NCBI GenBank assembly: GCA_040767195.1
Contig: JAXGPA010000003.1
Span: 160,001-224,000, forward strand
DNA length: 64,000 bases
Direction: 5' to 3'
DNA from: Syntrophales bacterium
GTDB lineage: Bacteria > Desulfobacterota > Syntrophia > Syntrophales > UBA6807
Positions 10,355 to 21,901 of this stretch are shown here, one piece after another (the stretch's first letter is position 1; each line of letters begins with the position of its first letter). The notes under the pieces are model-generated. The model made no database searches. It worked only from the letters and a program-made list of their open reading frames with translations, and was not told the origin of the DNA. A program made the position numbers and the translations under genes.

Positions 10355-11032
10355 TCACTCCATGCAGCAATTCTTGTATTTCTTTCCGCTCCCGCAAGGA
10401 CAGGGGTCGTTTCGCCCCACCGGAACGCCGGCCTCTTTTTCCCTGCGGCGGTTAAAAAATGTATACGCACCGAGGGAAAGAAAAATGGCCACCAGGGAAA
10501 GGAACTGTTTCCCGCCGTTGTTCAGGACGTGTCCCCAGAACTGGATGAGACCCGCTGACAGTGTCTCGAGAGGAATCCCGTTTTCCACCTTCCACAGGAT
10601 GTGAAGGGGAATGTCGAGAAGTTCGGCGGCGAGAATGAAGGGGAGCGACAGGATGACAAGGGTTCCCTTTTTTTTCCAGGGCACCGTCGGCCAGGCGAGA
10701 AGGGCGGAAAGGACGAGGATAGGGTGAATGGCGACGTTGCTTGCGGGAAGGCGCCCCTCTTTCACGATCCCTTCCTGCCGTTTCCCCGCTTCATCCCTCC
10801 AGACGAAAGGAATGGCTATTTTGTAAGCGATCCTGGCCGGCTCCCCATAGGAAAGGGCGATGTCGTAGTGCGGCCTTATGATACGCATTTCCGTTTCCAT
10901 GACGGGAATAAACCCTCGGGAAATCAAAGGGCCCGCGAGGAAGAATAGAAAAAGAAAAAGCGGGAAAAAAACGAGAAGCCGGCCCAGGAAGCGGCTGAAA
11001 GAAAAGCGAGAGATGTCAGTGGCCTTTTTCAT
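10355..11032 (-). CDS. Exosortase-associated membrane protein with C-terminal SEC-C motif
   Basis: About 4 TM segments; C-terminus VGRNDPCPCGSGKKYKNCC; overlaps exosortase stop. Confidence 0.8.
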   Translation of the reverse strand: MKKATDISRFSFSRFLGRLLVFFPLFLFLFFLAGPLISRGFIPVMETEMRIIRPHYDIALSYGEPARIAYKIAIPFVWRDEAGKRQEGIVKEGRLPASNVAIHPILVLSALLAWPTVPWKKKGTLVILSLPFILAAELLDIPLHILWKVENGIPLETLSAGLIQFWGHVLNNGGKQFLSLVAIFLSLGAYTFFNRRREKEAGVPVGRNDPCPCGSGKKYKNCCME

Positions 11033-11543
11033 GGGTTCCCGAAAAAGCGCTGATCCAGAAAAGGAAAAAGAGAAGGCCGATGACGATGATAAACGTCTGG
11101 CCTACGAAGATGTGCATGAAATCGAAAAGGCCCGGGCGGTATTTCAGGACATAGTAGAGGGAGATGATCCGGAGGATGTTGGCCCCGTAAATGACGAGGA
11201 ATCCCGCCAGGATCCCCAGGATTTTTTCCCGCAGGCCCATGGCGAAGGCGAGTATGGCCGAGGCGATAAGGAGAATCCCCTCAATCCCCTCGCATCCCTG
11301 GGCGACATTGAGCCGGAACGTCCCCGAAACGATGACGTTCCCGTCAAGGCTTGTTTTTTCCCAGGGCGTTACGGCGTTGATGATTTTTGAACTGACGCCG
11401 GCGTTCAGGAAATTGACGAGGAAGGGCGCCGTATAGGATCGGGTGGCGTAGTGAATCCCCTGCCCCAGGAAAAAAAACAGCACGAAAAGGAGGAGGAAAC
11501 GGAGTTCCCGCCGGTAACTTTTCAAGAAGACCTTCACGTTCAT
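11016..11543 (-). CDS. Exosortase/archaeosortase family protein (short, XrtH-like)
   Basis: Catalytic Cys-Arg-His triad context: VAQGCEG, GANILRI, FMHIFVGQ; multi-TM, 175 aa. Confidence 0.85.
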   Translation of the reverse strand: MNVKVFLKSYRRELRFLLLFVLFFFLGQGIHYATRSYTAPFLVNFLNAGVSSKIINAVTPWEKTSLDGNVIVSGTFRLNVAQGCEGIEGILLIASAILAFAMGLREKILGILAGFLVIYGANILRIISLYYVLKYRPGLFDFMHIFVGQTFIIVIGLLFFLFWISAFSGTHEKGH

Positions 11544-11983
11544 GAACCCTCGTCCCCACCTTGTCCGGAAAACCCTGTTTCAGGGCCTTCAACGTACCAG
11601 ATACATGAACCATTTTCAAGGTTTCCTGCAGGTTGCCAATGGCCTCACATCAAATGTAGCCAAAGGGAGAAGATTTTCAAGGGTTGGCTTAACCGACCGC
11701 TGAAAAAATTTTCGCCCGCTTTTTCAATTTACCTTATCATGATGATACAAGGATAAGGCCTTTTTCGATGGAAAAATCAATCCTGTAAATGGCAGAGGAA
11801 TCCCCATGCGGCGATTCTTGTTAATGAATCTGTTCCGGTCTCTTACATGCGCGTCGTTTTGCCGGGACAAAACATACAAATATGTTCTGTCCGGGCGGCT
11901 TCTCCACCGGTGCGCTCCAGGAAAGATGAACCTTCGCAGCCTTTTAACGGTATTTCCAGGTCTTTCGGTCCCCCGCGGGGACG

Positions 11984-11999
11984 CGGCACGGAACTTGTA
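11984..11999 (+). promoter_or_regulatory. Possible sigma54 (-24/-12) promoter of the PPDK-like gene
   Basis: CGGCACG-GAAC-TTGTA; GG-N10 spacing correct but -12 is GT rather than GC. Confidence 0.4.
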
Positions 12000-12082
12000 A
12001 ACTTAACCTTTGAAGATTATTTATAGCCCGGGAGTTGCCTGTCCTGGAGACGAAAACGGCCATTTTTTGAGGTGATGATGTG

Positions 12083-14689
12083 ATGCCCCTATTCGCGAAA
12101 GTGAGCACGGGAATTCCGAGCCTCGACGAAATCATCGATTTTCTTCGCATGGGAGACAACGTCGTCTGGCAGGCGGACAGCGTAGAGGATTACCGGCGCT
12201 TCGTCGTCCCCTACGTCCGAAGAGCCCTCGCCGACAAACGGCGGGTCGTCTACATGCGGTTCGCCCATCACGAGGCCCTTCTGGCACCCGATGACGGGAT
12301 CGCCGTCTATCGCCTGGAAGCTGACGCGGGCTTCGAGTCCTTCTCGAGCCAGGTTCACAATATCATCACCCGGGAAGGCCGGGATGTCTTCTATGTCTTT
12401 GACAGCCTGTCCGATCTCCTCATGGCCTGGGCCACCGACCTCATGATCGGAAATTTTTTCGCCATCACCTGCCCCTATCTTTTCGAGCTCAACACGGTCG
12501 CCTATTTCGCCCTGCTGCGGGGGCGCCATTCCTTCAAGACCATTGCCCGGATCCGGGAAACGACCCAGGTTCTCCTCGACATACACAACAACGACGGTCG
12601 TCTTTACGTGCACCCGCTGAAGGTCTGGCAGCGGTACTCCCCAACCATGTTTCTCCCTCACCTCCAGGAAGGGGACGCCCTGACGCCCATCATCAACAGC
12701 ATCGAGGCGACGACGCTCTTCTCCATGCTGGCCGCCAGGCGCGAGACCGTAGCGGAACGCAAGCTGGATTTCTGGGACCGCATTTTCCTCCAGGCCAAGG
12801 ACATGCTGTCCCGCCCGGAGACGGCCGACGAGCGGCGGGCCATGGTGGATCAGTTGAGCCGGATTCTCCTGGGGCGGGAAAAAAGGATGCTCGGCCTCGT
12901 CATGGCCTATTTTTCCCTGGAAGACCTTCTGAACATCAAGGAACATCTCATCGGGACCGGTTTCATCGGCGGGAAATCGGTGGGAATGCTCCTGGCGAGA
13001 AACATACTGGCCCGGGACCCCGACTTCGACTGGGGGCGTCATCTCGAACTTCACGACTCCTACTACGTCGGCTCCGATGTTTTTTATTCGTACATCGTCC
13101 AGAACGGGTGGTGGAAACTCCTCATGAAACAGCGGACCCGGGAAGGATATTTCACGGCGGCCGAGGAACTTCGCGGCAAAATGCTTCAGGGCGCCTTCCC
13201 CGACGAGGTCAGGGAGCAGTTCCAGCTCATGCTTGAGTACTTCGGCCAGTCGCCCATCATCGTCCGTTCGAGCAGCCTCCTGGAGGACGCCTTCGGAAAC
13301 GCCTTCGCCGGTAAATACGAGAGCTACTTCTGTGTCAACCAGGGCTCACCGGGGGAGCGCTATGCCTATTTCGAAGACTGTGTCCGGCGGATTTTCGCCA
13401 GCACCATGAACGAGGACGCCTTGAATTACCGCCGGCAGAGGGGTCTTGACGAGCAGGACGAACAGATGGCGCTCCTGGTTCAGCGTGTCTCGGGAACCTA
13501 CCGGAATCACTTTTTCTTTCCAGTTCTGGCGGGTGTGGGCCTGTCTTACAACCCCTTTGTCTGGAAACCCGGCCTGGACGCCCGGGCGGGAATGCTCCGG
13601 CTTGTCCTCGGCATGGGGACCCGGGCGGTGATGCGGGTCGAAAACGATTATCCGAGAATCGTCGCCCTCGATTCGCCTCTCCTGAAGGCGCATGCCGGGC
13701 TGGAGGACACGCGCCGCTTTTCCCAGCACTACGTGGACACCCTGGACCTGGAGGAAAACCGCATGAAAAGCGTTTCTCTCCGTGATCTGACCCGGAAAGA
13801 CATGGGCTTTGACTGGCCGCTTTTCGCCGTGAGGGATCGTGAAACGGAGTCGAGGCTCCGTGACCTGGGAAAGTCGGATGAGGACATCTGGGTGTTGACC
13901 TTTGACGACCTGATGACAAAAACCGATTTCCCCGCCCTCATGGGCCGGATGCTGAAACGGATAGAATCGGTTTATCGCTACCCGGTGGATATCGAATTCA
14001 CCGTGAATTTCGACCAACAGGGACGCCCCCAGATCAATCTTCTCCAGTGCCGTCCCTTTCAGAGCCGGGACATCCAGGTTCGCATGGACCTGCCCGAAGA
14101 AGCGGATGACGAAGACATTCTTCTTCGCATGGAAGGGAATTTCATGGGCGGAAGTGTTTCCAGGAAGATCGACCGGATCATCTACGTGGACCCGCAACGT
14201 TACGCCGGTCTCTCCCGGTCGCAGCGGTACGACATTGCCCGGGCGGTGGGCAGGCTGAACAGGCAGATCCGGGAACGGGACAACCCGGCCACCATGCTGC
14301 TTGGGCCGGGACGGTGGGGAACGACGACCCCCACCATGGGTGTTCCCGTTCGTTTCTCCGAGATCAACAACATCGCCGTTCTGGGAGAAATCGCCTATCA
14401 GGAGGGGAGTCTCATTCCCGATCTTTCCTTCGGGACCCACTTTTTCCAGGACCTGGTGGAAGCGGAAATATTTTATCTGGCCATCTATCCAGAAAGACAG
14501 GCGGTGCGGTTCAACCGGTCATGGTGGGACGATTCTCCGAATCTCCTCGGTAACCTCTCTCCGGGGGACCGAAATCATGAAGACACCCTCAAGGTCTTTG
14601 ACGTCGGGGACAGGAATTTGAGGCTTATTTCCGACGTGGTTTCCCAGAAAGTCGTCTGCCTGAGTCTTCCAAAAAACCGGGAATCATAA
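12083..14689 (+). CDS. PEP/pyruvate-binding (PPDK_N, ATP-grasp) domain protein with degenerate KaiC/RecA-like N-terminus
   Basis: IGGKSVG, IVRSSSLLED, AFAGKYES, DIEF, LLQCRP; N-terminal KVSTGIPSLD without Walker A. Confidence 0.8.
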   Translation: MPLFAKVSTGIPSLDEIIDFLRMGDNVVWQADSVEDYRRFVVPYVRRALADKRRVVYMRFAHHEALLAPDDGIAVYRLEADAGFESFSSQVHNIITREGRDVFYVFDSLSDLLMAWATDLMIGNFFAITCPYLFELNTVAYFALLRGRHSFKTIARIRETTQVLLDIHNNDGRLYVHPLKVWQRYSPTMFLPHLQEGDALTPIINSIEATTLFSMLAARRETVAERKLDFWDRIFLQAKDMLSRPETADERRAMVDQLSRILLGREKRMLGLVMAYFSLEDLLNIKEHLIGTGFIGGKSVGMLLARNILARDPDFDWGRHLELHDSYYVGSDVFYSYIVQNGWWKLLMKQRTREGYFTAAEELRGKMLQGAFPDEVREQFQLMLEYFGQSPIIVRSSSLLEDAFGNAFAGKYESYFCVNQGSPGERYAYFEDCVRRIFASTMNEDALNYRRQRGLDEQDEQMALLVQRVSGTYRNHFFFPVLAGVGLSYNPFVWKPGLDARAGMLRLVLGMGTRAVMRVENDYPRIVALDSPLLKAHAGLEDTRRFSQHYVDTLDLEENRMKSVSLRDLTRKDMGFDWPLFAVRDRETESRLRDLGKSDEDIWVLTFDDLMTKTDFPALMGRMLKRIESVYRYPVDIEFTVNFDQQGRPQINLLQCRPFQSRDIQVRMDLPEEADDEDILLRMEGNFMGGSVSRKIDRIIYVDPQRYAGLSRSQRYDIARAVGRLNRQIRERDNPATMLLGPGRWGTTTPTMGVPVRFSEINNIAVLGEIAYQEGSLIPDLSFGTHFFQDLVEAEIFYLAIYPERQAVRFNRSWWDDSPNLLGNLSPGDRNHEDTLKVFDVGDRNLRLISDVVSQKVVCLSLPKNRES

Positions 14690-14691
14690 AT

Positions 14692-14733
14692 AAAAAAGGC
14701 CGTCCGGCCCGGGAGATGGGGACCGGCCGGCCT
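14692..14733 (-). terminator. Intrinsic terminator of gdhA
   Basis: GC-rich hairpin followed on the minus strand by TTTTTT. Confidence 0.6.
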
Positions 14734-14751
14734 CTGAAAGCGATCGGATCT

Positions 14752-16209
<1,458 letters not shown>

Positions 16210-16466
16210 TCAACAAAAAATGATCTTGAAAAATCAGAAAATTAAGCGTATAGGTCGTCCGGTGTTCCGGCAAAAAAAGCCGGGATGAATGTGTCATTTT
16301 TGCCGGATAATTTTCAGAGAGGCACGGTTCGTGATTTCAAAAGCCCAATATGAAAAGAAAACCCGTTTCAGCCACCCCTTCCATAGGCCGGGTGCCTTGA
16401 AACCTGATCCGGCAATATTGCCACAAGCGGATAATCGAAAGTCAAAACCCCCCTGGAGGAGGACCC

Positions 16467-17468
16467 GTGGAAAAAACTGAAAAAAACCGCCTGGCCATTT
16501 TGAGGATACTCGAGGTGTCCGACGGGCCCTTGAGCAGTGCGTCCATCGCGGAACAGCTTCATGCCCGGGGCCACGACATGAGCGAACGGACGGTCCGCTT
16601 TTATCTTCTCCGGGCGGACCGGGAAGGACTGACGGAAAACCTGGGCAGGCGGGGACGGGTCATCACGGAAAAGGGTAAAAAGGAACTCACCGAGGGACGG
16701 GCCTATGACAAGGTCGGCCTCATCGCCGCCAAGATCGAGGAAAAAACCTACGGCATGAAATTTGACCTGGAAACCCGCACGGGAAATGTGGTGATGAATG
16801 TCAGCCTTATTGATCTCGAGGACCTGCCCAGGGCCGTCCCGCTTATTCAGCGCGTCTTTTCCGCCGGGTATGCCATGGGAAAGCTCATGAATCTCTACCC
16901 TCCGGGACGAAAGTTCGACAGCCTCAGGATCCCCGACGGATTCGTCGGGATCGGTACGGTGTGTTCCGTCACGCTGAACGGCGTCCTTCTGTCCTCCGGA
17001 ATCCCGTCCAATTCCCGCTTCGGCGGCCTTCTCGAAATCAGAAATAAAAAGGCCCTGAGATTCGTCGAGCTCATTCACTACGAAGGGACGACCCTGGACC
17101 CCCTGGAAATTTTCATCAAGAGCGGCATGACCGATTACAGCGGCGCGACCACGACAGGAAACGGCCTCATCGGGGCGGGGTTTCGGGAGCTCCCGGCGGG
17201 AAGCCGCGGAAGGGTCGAGGAAATCGCCGGGGAACTTGAAAAAATCGGGCTCGGCGGGTTCATGGCCATCGGCTGGCCCGGCCAGCCCCTGCTGGAGATT
17301 CCCGTGAGTGAGGGGCGGTTCGGTGCCGTCGTCATCGGCGGGCTCAACCCCGTGGCCATTTTAGAGGAACGGGGAATCCGGACCCAGTCGAGAGCCCTGG
17401 CCGCTTTCGATGATTTTTCATCTCTTTTTCACTACGAGGAGCTTGACGAGAGAATCAGGAAAACGTAA
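16467..17468 (+). CDS. nrpR: NrpR-family nitrogen repressor (wHTH plus one NRD/DUF128 domain)
   Basis: MSERTVRFYL HTH, GTVCSVTLNG, GTTLDPLEIF, GGLNP motifs; divergent from gdhA. Confidence 0.88.
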   Translation: MEKTEKNRLAILRILEVSDGPLSSASIAEQLHARGHDMSERTVRFYLLRADREGLTENLGRRGRVITEKGKKELTEGRAYDKVGLIAAKIEEKTYGMKFDLETRTGNVVMNVSLIDLEDLPRAVPLIQRVFSAGYAMGKLMNLYPPGRKFDSLRIPDGFVGIGTVCSVTLNGVLLSSGIPSNSRFGGLLEIRNKKALRFVELIHYEGTTLDPLEIFIKSGMTDYSGATTTGNGLIGAGFRELPAGSRGRVEEIAGELEKIGLGGFMAIGWPGQPLLEIPVSEGRFGAVVIGGLNPVAILEERGIRTQSRALAAFDDFSSLFHYEELDERIRKT

Positions 17469-17517
17469 GCGGGATCGGGCAACCGTTTTTTCCTGTCTCA
17501 GCCTCCAGGAGGCCCTT

Positions 17518-17799
17518 TCAATTGACCGCGAGCCTGTCCCTGTTCGCTTCGAAGACCTTGGGCCCTATCCCCTGGACCTTCAGGAGGTCTTCCGTTTTCG
17601 AAAACCCGCCGTTTTCTCCCCTGTACGCTATGATCCGCTCGGCCAGGCCGGAGCCGATCCCATCGAGGGTGACCAGCTGTTCCATCGTGGCCGTGTTGAG
17701 GTTCACCTTGCCGGCCGCCTCCTCCGCCAGGGGGATAGCGGTCCAACCAAAAAGAATGAGCAGCGTTAAAAACCCGATGATGATTTTTCGTACCTTCAT
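17518..17799 (-). CDS. comEA: ComEA-like helix-hairpin-helix DNA-binding protein
   Basis: Signal peptide; KVNLNTAT, LDGIG, VQGIG HhH motifs. Confidence 0.88.
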   Translation of the reverse strand: MKVRKIIIGFLTLLILFGWTAIPLAEEAAGKVNLNTATMEQLVTLDGIGSGLAERIIAYRGENGGFSKTEDLLKVQGIGPKVFEANRDRLAVN

Positions 17800-18032
17800 G
17801 CCTGTCCCTCCTGTGTCTGTCATGGTATTTTTTTTGTGGTAATTTTCCTCACCCGCTTACGTCCCGACCGGGCATGGGGAATCCCTGTCGGGGCCGCAGA
17901 CTACCGGCGTTGGAAAGCCGTTTCAACCCAATGGTGACCATCCCGGCAAAGAATGTGATGAAACAGCTTCGTGCCGGTTTCAGGAGCGTACCTTGCTCGG
18001 TTTGGCCCTCGTAATCTTTCTCATAATCTTTC

Positions 18033-18061
18033 TTGACACAGTCCGACAGCCTCTCTATACT
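18033..18061 (+). promoter_or_regulatory. sigma70 promoter of lipoprotein/pqi operon
   Basis: TTGACA-17bp-TATACT. Confidence 0.8.
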
Positions 18062-18179
18062 TCGGGCAGTCCGTTGAAAACTCTTTCAAATTTCTAAAAA
18101 AACAGGATTAAATGCAAAGGCGGCCGAGGGTGCTCAAGGGCTTTGAAAAAAACATCATTGAGAAACGGGGGGTAACGTT

Positions 18180-18869
18180 ATGAAGCGCTTGTTTTCCGTA
18201 ATCCTGTCATCTTTCTTTCTCCTCGGCTGTGCGGCATCCCTCACGGCGGAGAAGGATAACCGGTTTTCAGGGTTTTTGGGCGATCCCTCGGTTTATGAGC
18301 GGCTTGTTCCCGGGCCGGAGGGCGGGGTCGCTCTGCGCTGGGTAAAGGAGGGACAGGCTTCGAAAACATATGACAAGTTCATGGTGGACAGTGTCATTTT
18401 CTTCCTCGCCGACCAGGCGGACTACAAGGGCATCGACCCCCAGGAGATGAAGGAACTGGCCGACGGGTTCAACCAGGAGATCGTGGCGGCTTTCAGGGAC
18501 AGGTACCCCATCGTGGCGGAGGCTGGTCCCGGGGTGGCCCGAATCCGCATCGCCATCACGAAAATCGAACCGAGCAACCCGGGAAGGAGCGCCATTACAA
18601 CAATTATTCCCGTCGGACTGGGCGTCAGTCTCGTGAAGAAAGGCACAACGGGCGGCTGGACCGGGAGCGGTGAAACGGGCATGGAACTCATGGCTCTCGA
18701 CAGCGTGACCGGGGAAATACTGGCCCTCGCCGTGGACCGGCAGAAGGCCGCCTTCGAATCGCGGTTCTCCAAGTGGGGCGCCGCCGGCGACGCCTTCAAG
18801 TTCTGGTCGATAAGGATCGTGTCGTTCCTCGACGGCGTCAGGGGCGCGGGACAGGAACCCGGTGGATAG
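18180..18869 (+). CDS. Lipoprotein (DUF3313-like)
   Basis: Lipobox LLGC; FSGFL, RIRIAIT, DSVTGE..AVD motifs. Confidence 0.75.
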   Translation: MKRLFSVILSSFFLLGCAASLTAEKDNRFSGFLGDPSVYERLVPGPEGGVALRWVKEGQASKTYDKFMVDSVIFFLADQADYKGIDPQEMKELADGFNQEIVAAFRDRYPIVAEAGPGVARIRIAITKIEPSNPGRSAITTIIPVGLGVSLVKKGTTGGWTGSGETGMELMALDSVTGEILALAVDRQKAAFESRFSKWGAAGDAFKFWSIRIVSFLDGVRGAGQEPGG

Positions 18870-18969
18870 AAGCCGTTCCACCCCGTTCAGCTTTCTCCAA
18901 TGAACTGGAACCCGCCTCGTCGTGAAGGGAACGACGGGGCGCTCCGTCACCGTGTTTCCGAGAGGTTAT

Positions 18970-20283
18970 ATGGTCTCTTCTTCCCAGGAGGTCATCGCCT
19001 GCGGCGATTGTGACCTGTTGCAGCGTCTTGCCCCCCCTCCCCCCGGCGCCGCGGCCCGGTGTCGCCGCTGCGGCCACACCATTGCCCTCAACAGGCCCGA
19101 TTCTCTGAACAGAACGCTGGCCCTGGCGATTGCCGCGTGCATCGTTCTCATCGTGGCCAACCTGTCACCCCTGATGGTGCTTTCCGTGTCCGGGCGCCAG
19201 GCAAGTACGACCATTCTGGGGGGCGCCAGGGAGATGTGGTTCACGGGACAGGCAATTACGGCCATTCTCGTTGTGTTCTGCACGGTCATCGCTCCCGCCG
19301 TCCATATCGGGATCATGTCCACCGTCCTCATTGCCGTGCGGCGGCCCCCGGCGCCGCAGTGGGTGGGAACACTGCTGCGCTGGTCCGAGTGGCACCAGTC
19401 CTGGGCCATGGTCGAGGTGATGATGCTTGGTATCCTGGTGGCGCTGATCAAAATTGCCGACCTCGCGACGGTGATTCCCGGGATCGGTATGTTTGCGGCT
19501 GGCGCCCTGGTAATACTCGTAGCGGCCATGACCGTCAGCTTCGACCCCCGCGAGGTGTGGCAGCGGGTAGCGTGGGCCGGCGGCGCCGCCCCCTCTTCGT
19601 CACCGTTCAGGACATCAACGGTTCCCGCGAAAAGGAAATCCCCCTGTGCTCGCTTCCTGACAGCGATCGATGCTGGGCTTGTCTCCTGCGAGGTCTGCGG
19701 TCTTTTGTCAAGACCTGCGGACATTCACAAACCCGGACGATGCCCCCGTTGCAACGGGACGCTCAACTTCCGGCACCACACCGCGATACAGCGGACCTGG
19801 GCGCTCATCATCGCGGCCCTGATCTGCTATATTCCCGCGAACCTGCTGCCTGTGATGGTCACAAACACTCTGGTTTATTCGGAAAAAGATACCATTATGA
19901 GCGGCGTCGTCATGTTTTACAAAACCGGGTCGTGGCATCTGGCGATCATCATATTGATCGCCAGCGTGGTGATCCCCCTCGCCAAAATTATGGCGCTGGC
20001 CTATCTGCTCGTAACGGTCCAGCGCCGTTCCGAGAGAGGACAGAACGAGAGGCTCCGGCTTTACCGGCTGGTCACGTTTGTGGGGCGGTGGTCCATGGTC
20101 GATGTATTCGTCGTCACGTTCACCGTTGCCCTGATTCAAATGCGGCCGCTCATGTCGATTCAGCCCGGGGCCGGTATCCTGTTTTTCGCGGCCGTGGTCG
20201 TCCTGACCATGATCGCCTCCGAAAACTTCGACCCCCGTCTGATCTGGGATTGCACGAACGCACAAAGAGGTCCAAATGACTGA
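18970..20283 (+). CDS. pqiA: Paraquat-inducible protein A (two PqiA domains)
   Basis: CGDCD/CRRC and CEVCG/CPRC Zn ribbons; WAMVEV and GRWSMVDVFV motifs. Confidence 0.92.
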   Translation: MVSSSQEVIACGDCDLLQRLAPPPPGAAARCRRCGHTIALNRPDSLNRTLALAIAACIVLIVANLSPLMVLSVSGRQASTTILGGAREMWFTGQAITAILVVFCTVIAPAVHIGIMSTVLIAVRRPPAPQWVGTLLRWSEWHQSWAMVEVMMLGILVALIKIADLATVIPGIGMFAAGALVILVAAMTVSFDPREVWQRVAWAGGAAPSSSPFRTSTVPAKRKSPCARFLTAIDAGLVSCEVCGLLSRPADIHKPGRCPRCNGTLNFRHHTAIQRTWALIIAALICYIPANLLPVMVTNTLVYSEKDTIMSGVVMFYKTGSWHLAIIILIASVVIPLAKIMALAYLLVTVQRRSERGQNERLRLYRLVTFVGRWSMVDVFVVTFTVALIQMRPLMSIQPGAGILFFAAVVVLTMIASENFDPRLIWDCTNAQRGPND

Positions 20284-21901
20284 AAACATCGATCTCGAGG
20301 ATGTCCCCGAGACCACCGTCGTACCGAGGAAGAAACTGAAGGTTTCCGTGGTGTGGATCATTCCGCTCATCGCCGCAATCGTCGCCATCGGAATCGCGGT
20401 CCAGCGTATTCTCATGGAGGGGCCGACAATTACGATCGTCTTTAAAAAAGCCGAAGGCATTGAAGCGGGGAAAACCTTCATCAAATACAAGGAGGTGAAT
20501 GTCGGCCAGGTAACGGAAGTAAAGCTTTCCGAGGATTTTCGCCAGGTTGTCATAACGGCGAAAATCGACAGGAGCGCGGCGGGACTCCTCGTCGAGGACG
20601 CGTGCTTTTGGATCGAACAACCCCGTGCCACCTTGAGCGGAATAACCGGCATAAGCACGCTTCTTTCTGGAAACTACATCGGTCTCGAGCCCGGCGAATC
20701 GAAGGTGGAACGGCGGGCCTTTACCGGCCTGGAAGAGCCGCCGGCAATTACTTTCGATGAACCGGGACGCCGCTTCATCCTTCGAACGGAAAGCCTCGGG
20801 TCGGTCGGTAGCGGCTCCCCGCTTTATTATCGGAGCTTGAACGTGGGACAGGTCATCGGCTATGATCTCTCGGAAGATGGCGAATCCGTGAGAATCCAGG
20901 TTTTCGTTCGGGCCCCTTACGACAGGTATGTCACCGTTCGCACCCGCTTCTGGCAAGCCAGCGGTATCGATGTGTCCGCCGGGACGGAAGGTTTTTCGGT
21001 ACGCACCGAGTCGTTTCTCTCCATGCTGATCGGCGGGATCGCCTTCGAACACCCCCCTTCGGAAAAAAACCCGAAACCCGCCGGGGAGAACAGCGTCTTT
21101 ATCCTCTTCGGCAGCCGCGCCGAGGCGCTGGCGAACCCCGAAACGATTGCAAGTCCTTACGTCCTCTATTTCAACGAAACCTTGAGAGGGCTCAGCGCCG
21201 GCGCGCCGGTCACGTACCTGGGGTTGACGACGGGCGAGGTCACCGATGTGGGGTTCGACCAAGACGACCGGACAAACCTGATCCGGCCCCGCGTGGACAT
21301 CGTGCTGTATCCCGAAAGGTTCATGGCGTATGCCAAACCATTACCGGGTCAGGATGCCGTGGTCCCGAGCGTTACGGATCGCCGCGCGTTCATGGAGCGC
21401 GCCGTCAACCTGGGGCTCCGGGCCCAGTTGAAGAGCGGGAATCTCTTAACCGGGCAGCGGTTTGTCTCCCTGGACATTTTTCCCGACGCGCCCGACGTGG
21501 AAATCGACTGGAGGAAGGTTCCCACAGAACTGCCTGTCGTGCCCAGCGGCCTCCAGGATATGGAGACGAAGATCCACAACCTGCTGGCCAAGCTGGAAAA
21601 AATGCCCCTGGACGGTCTGGCTGCGGATCTGAAAAAAACACTCGTCACCGTTGACAAACTTCTCAAGCGCATAGACGAGGAAATACTGCCCGACGGGAAA
21701 GCAACACTGGCGAAACTGAAGCAGAGTCTTGAAAACATCGATGCCACCCTTATCGGCAAAGACGCGGCGGCACAGCAGCAACTACGGGAAGCGCTACAGG
21801 AAATCGCCAGGGCGGCCCAAGGTGTCAGCCGCCTCACCGAGTATCTCGAGAGAAACCCCGAAGCCCTCATCAGGGGCAAGGCACAGGAGAATCGACGATG
21901 A
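20276..21901 (+). CDS. pqiB: MCE-domain intermembrane transport protein PqiB
   Basis: VWIIPL TM, three MCE domains, GLRAQLKSGNLLTGQ, C-terminal NPEALIRGK. Confidence 0.92.
   Translation: MTENIDLEDVPETTVVPRKKLKVSVVWIIPLIAAIVAIGIAVQRILMEGPTITIVFKKAEGIEAGKTFIKYKEVNVGQVTEVKLSEDFRQVVITAKIDRSAAGLLVEDACFWIEQPRATLSGITGISTLLSGNYIGLEPGESKVERRAFTGLEEPPAITFDEPGRRFILRTESLGSVGSGSPLYYRSLNVGQVIGYDLSEDGESVRIQVFVRAPYDRYVTVRTRFWQASGIDVSAGTEGFSVRTESFLSMLIGGIAFEHPPSEKNPKPAGENSVFILFGSRAEALANPETIASPYVLYFNETLRGLSAGAPVTYLGLTTGEVTDVGFDQDDRTNLIRPRVDIVLYPERFMAYAKPLPGQDAVVPSVTDRRAFMERAVNLGLRAQLKSGNLLTGQRFVSLDIFPDAPDVEIDWRKVPTELPVVPSGLQDMETKIHNLLAKLEKMPLDGLAADLKKTLVTVDKLLKRIDEEILPDGKATLAKLKQSLENIDATLIGKDAAAQQQLREALQEIARAAQGVSRLTEYLERNPEALIRGKAQENRR

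Noticed and set aside
17840..18010. Possible riboswitch in the comEA leader
   Set aside because: Some hairpins, but no c-di-GMP or other aptamer consensus could be matched by eye
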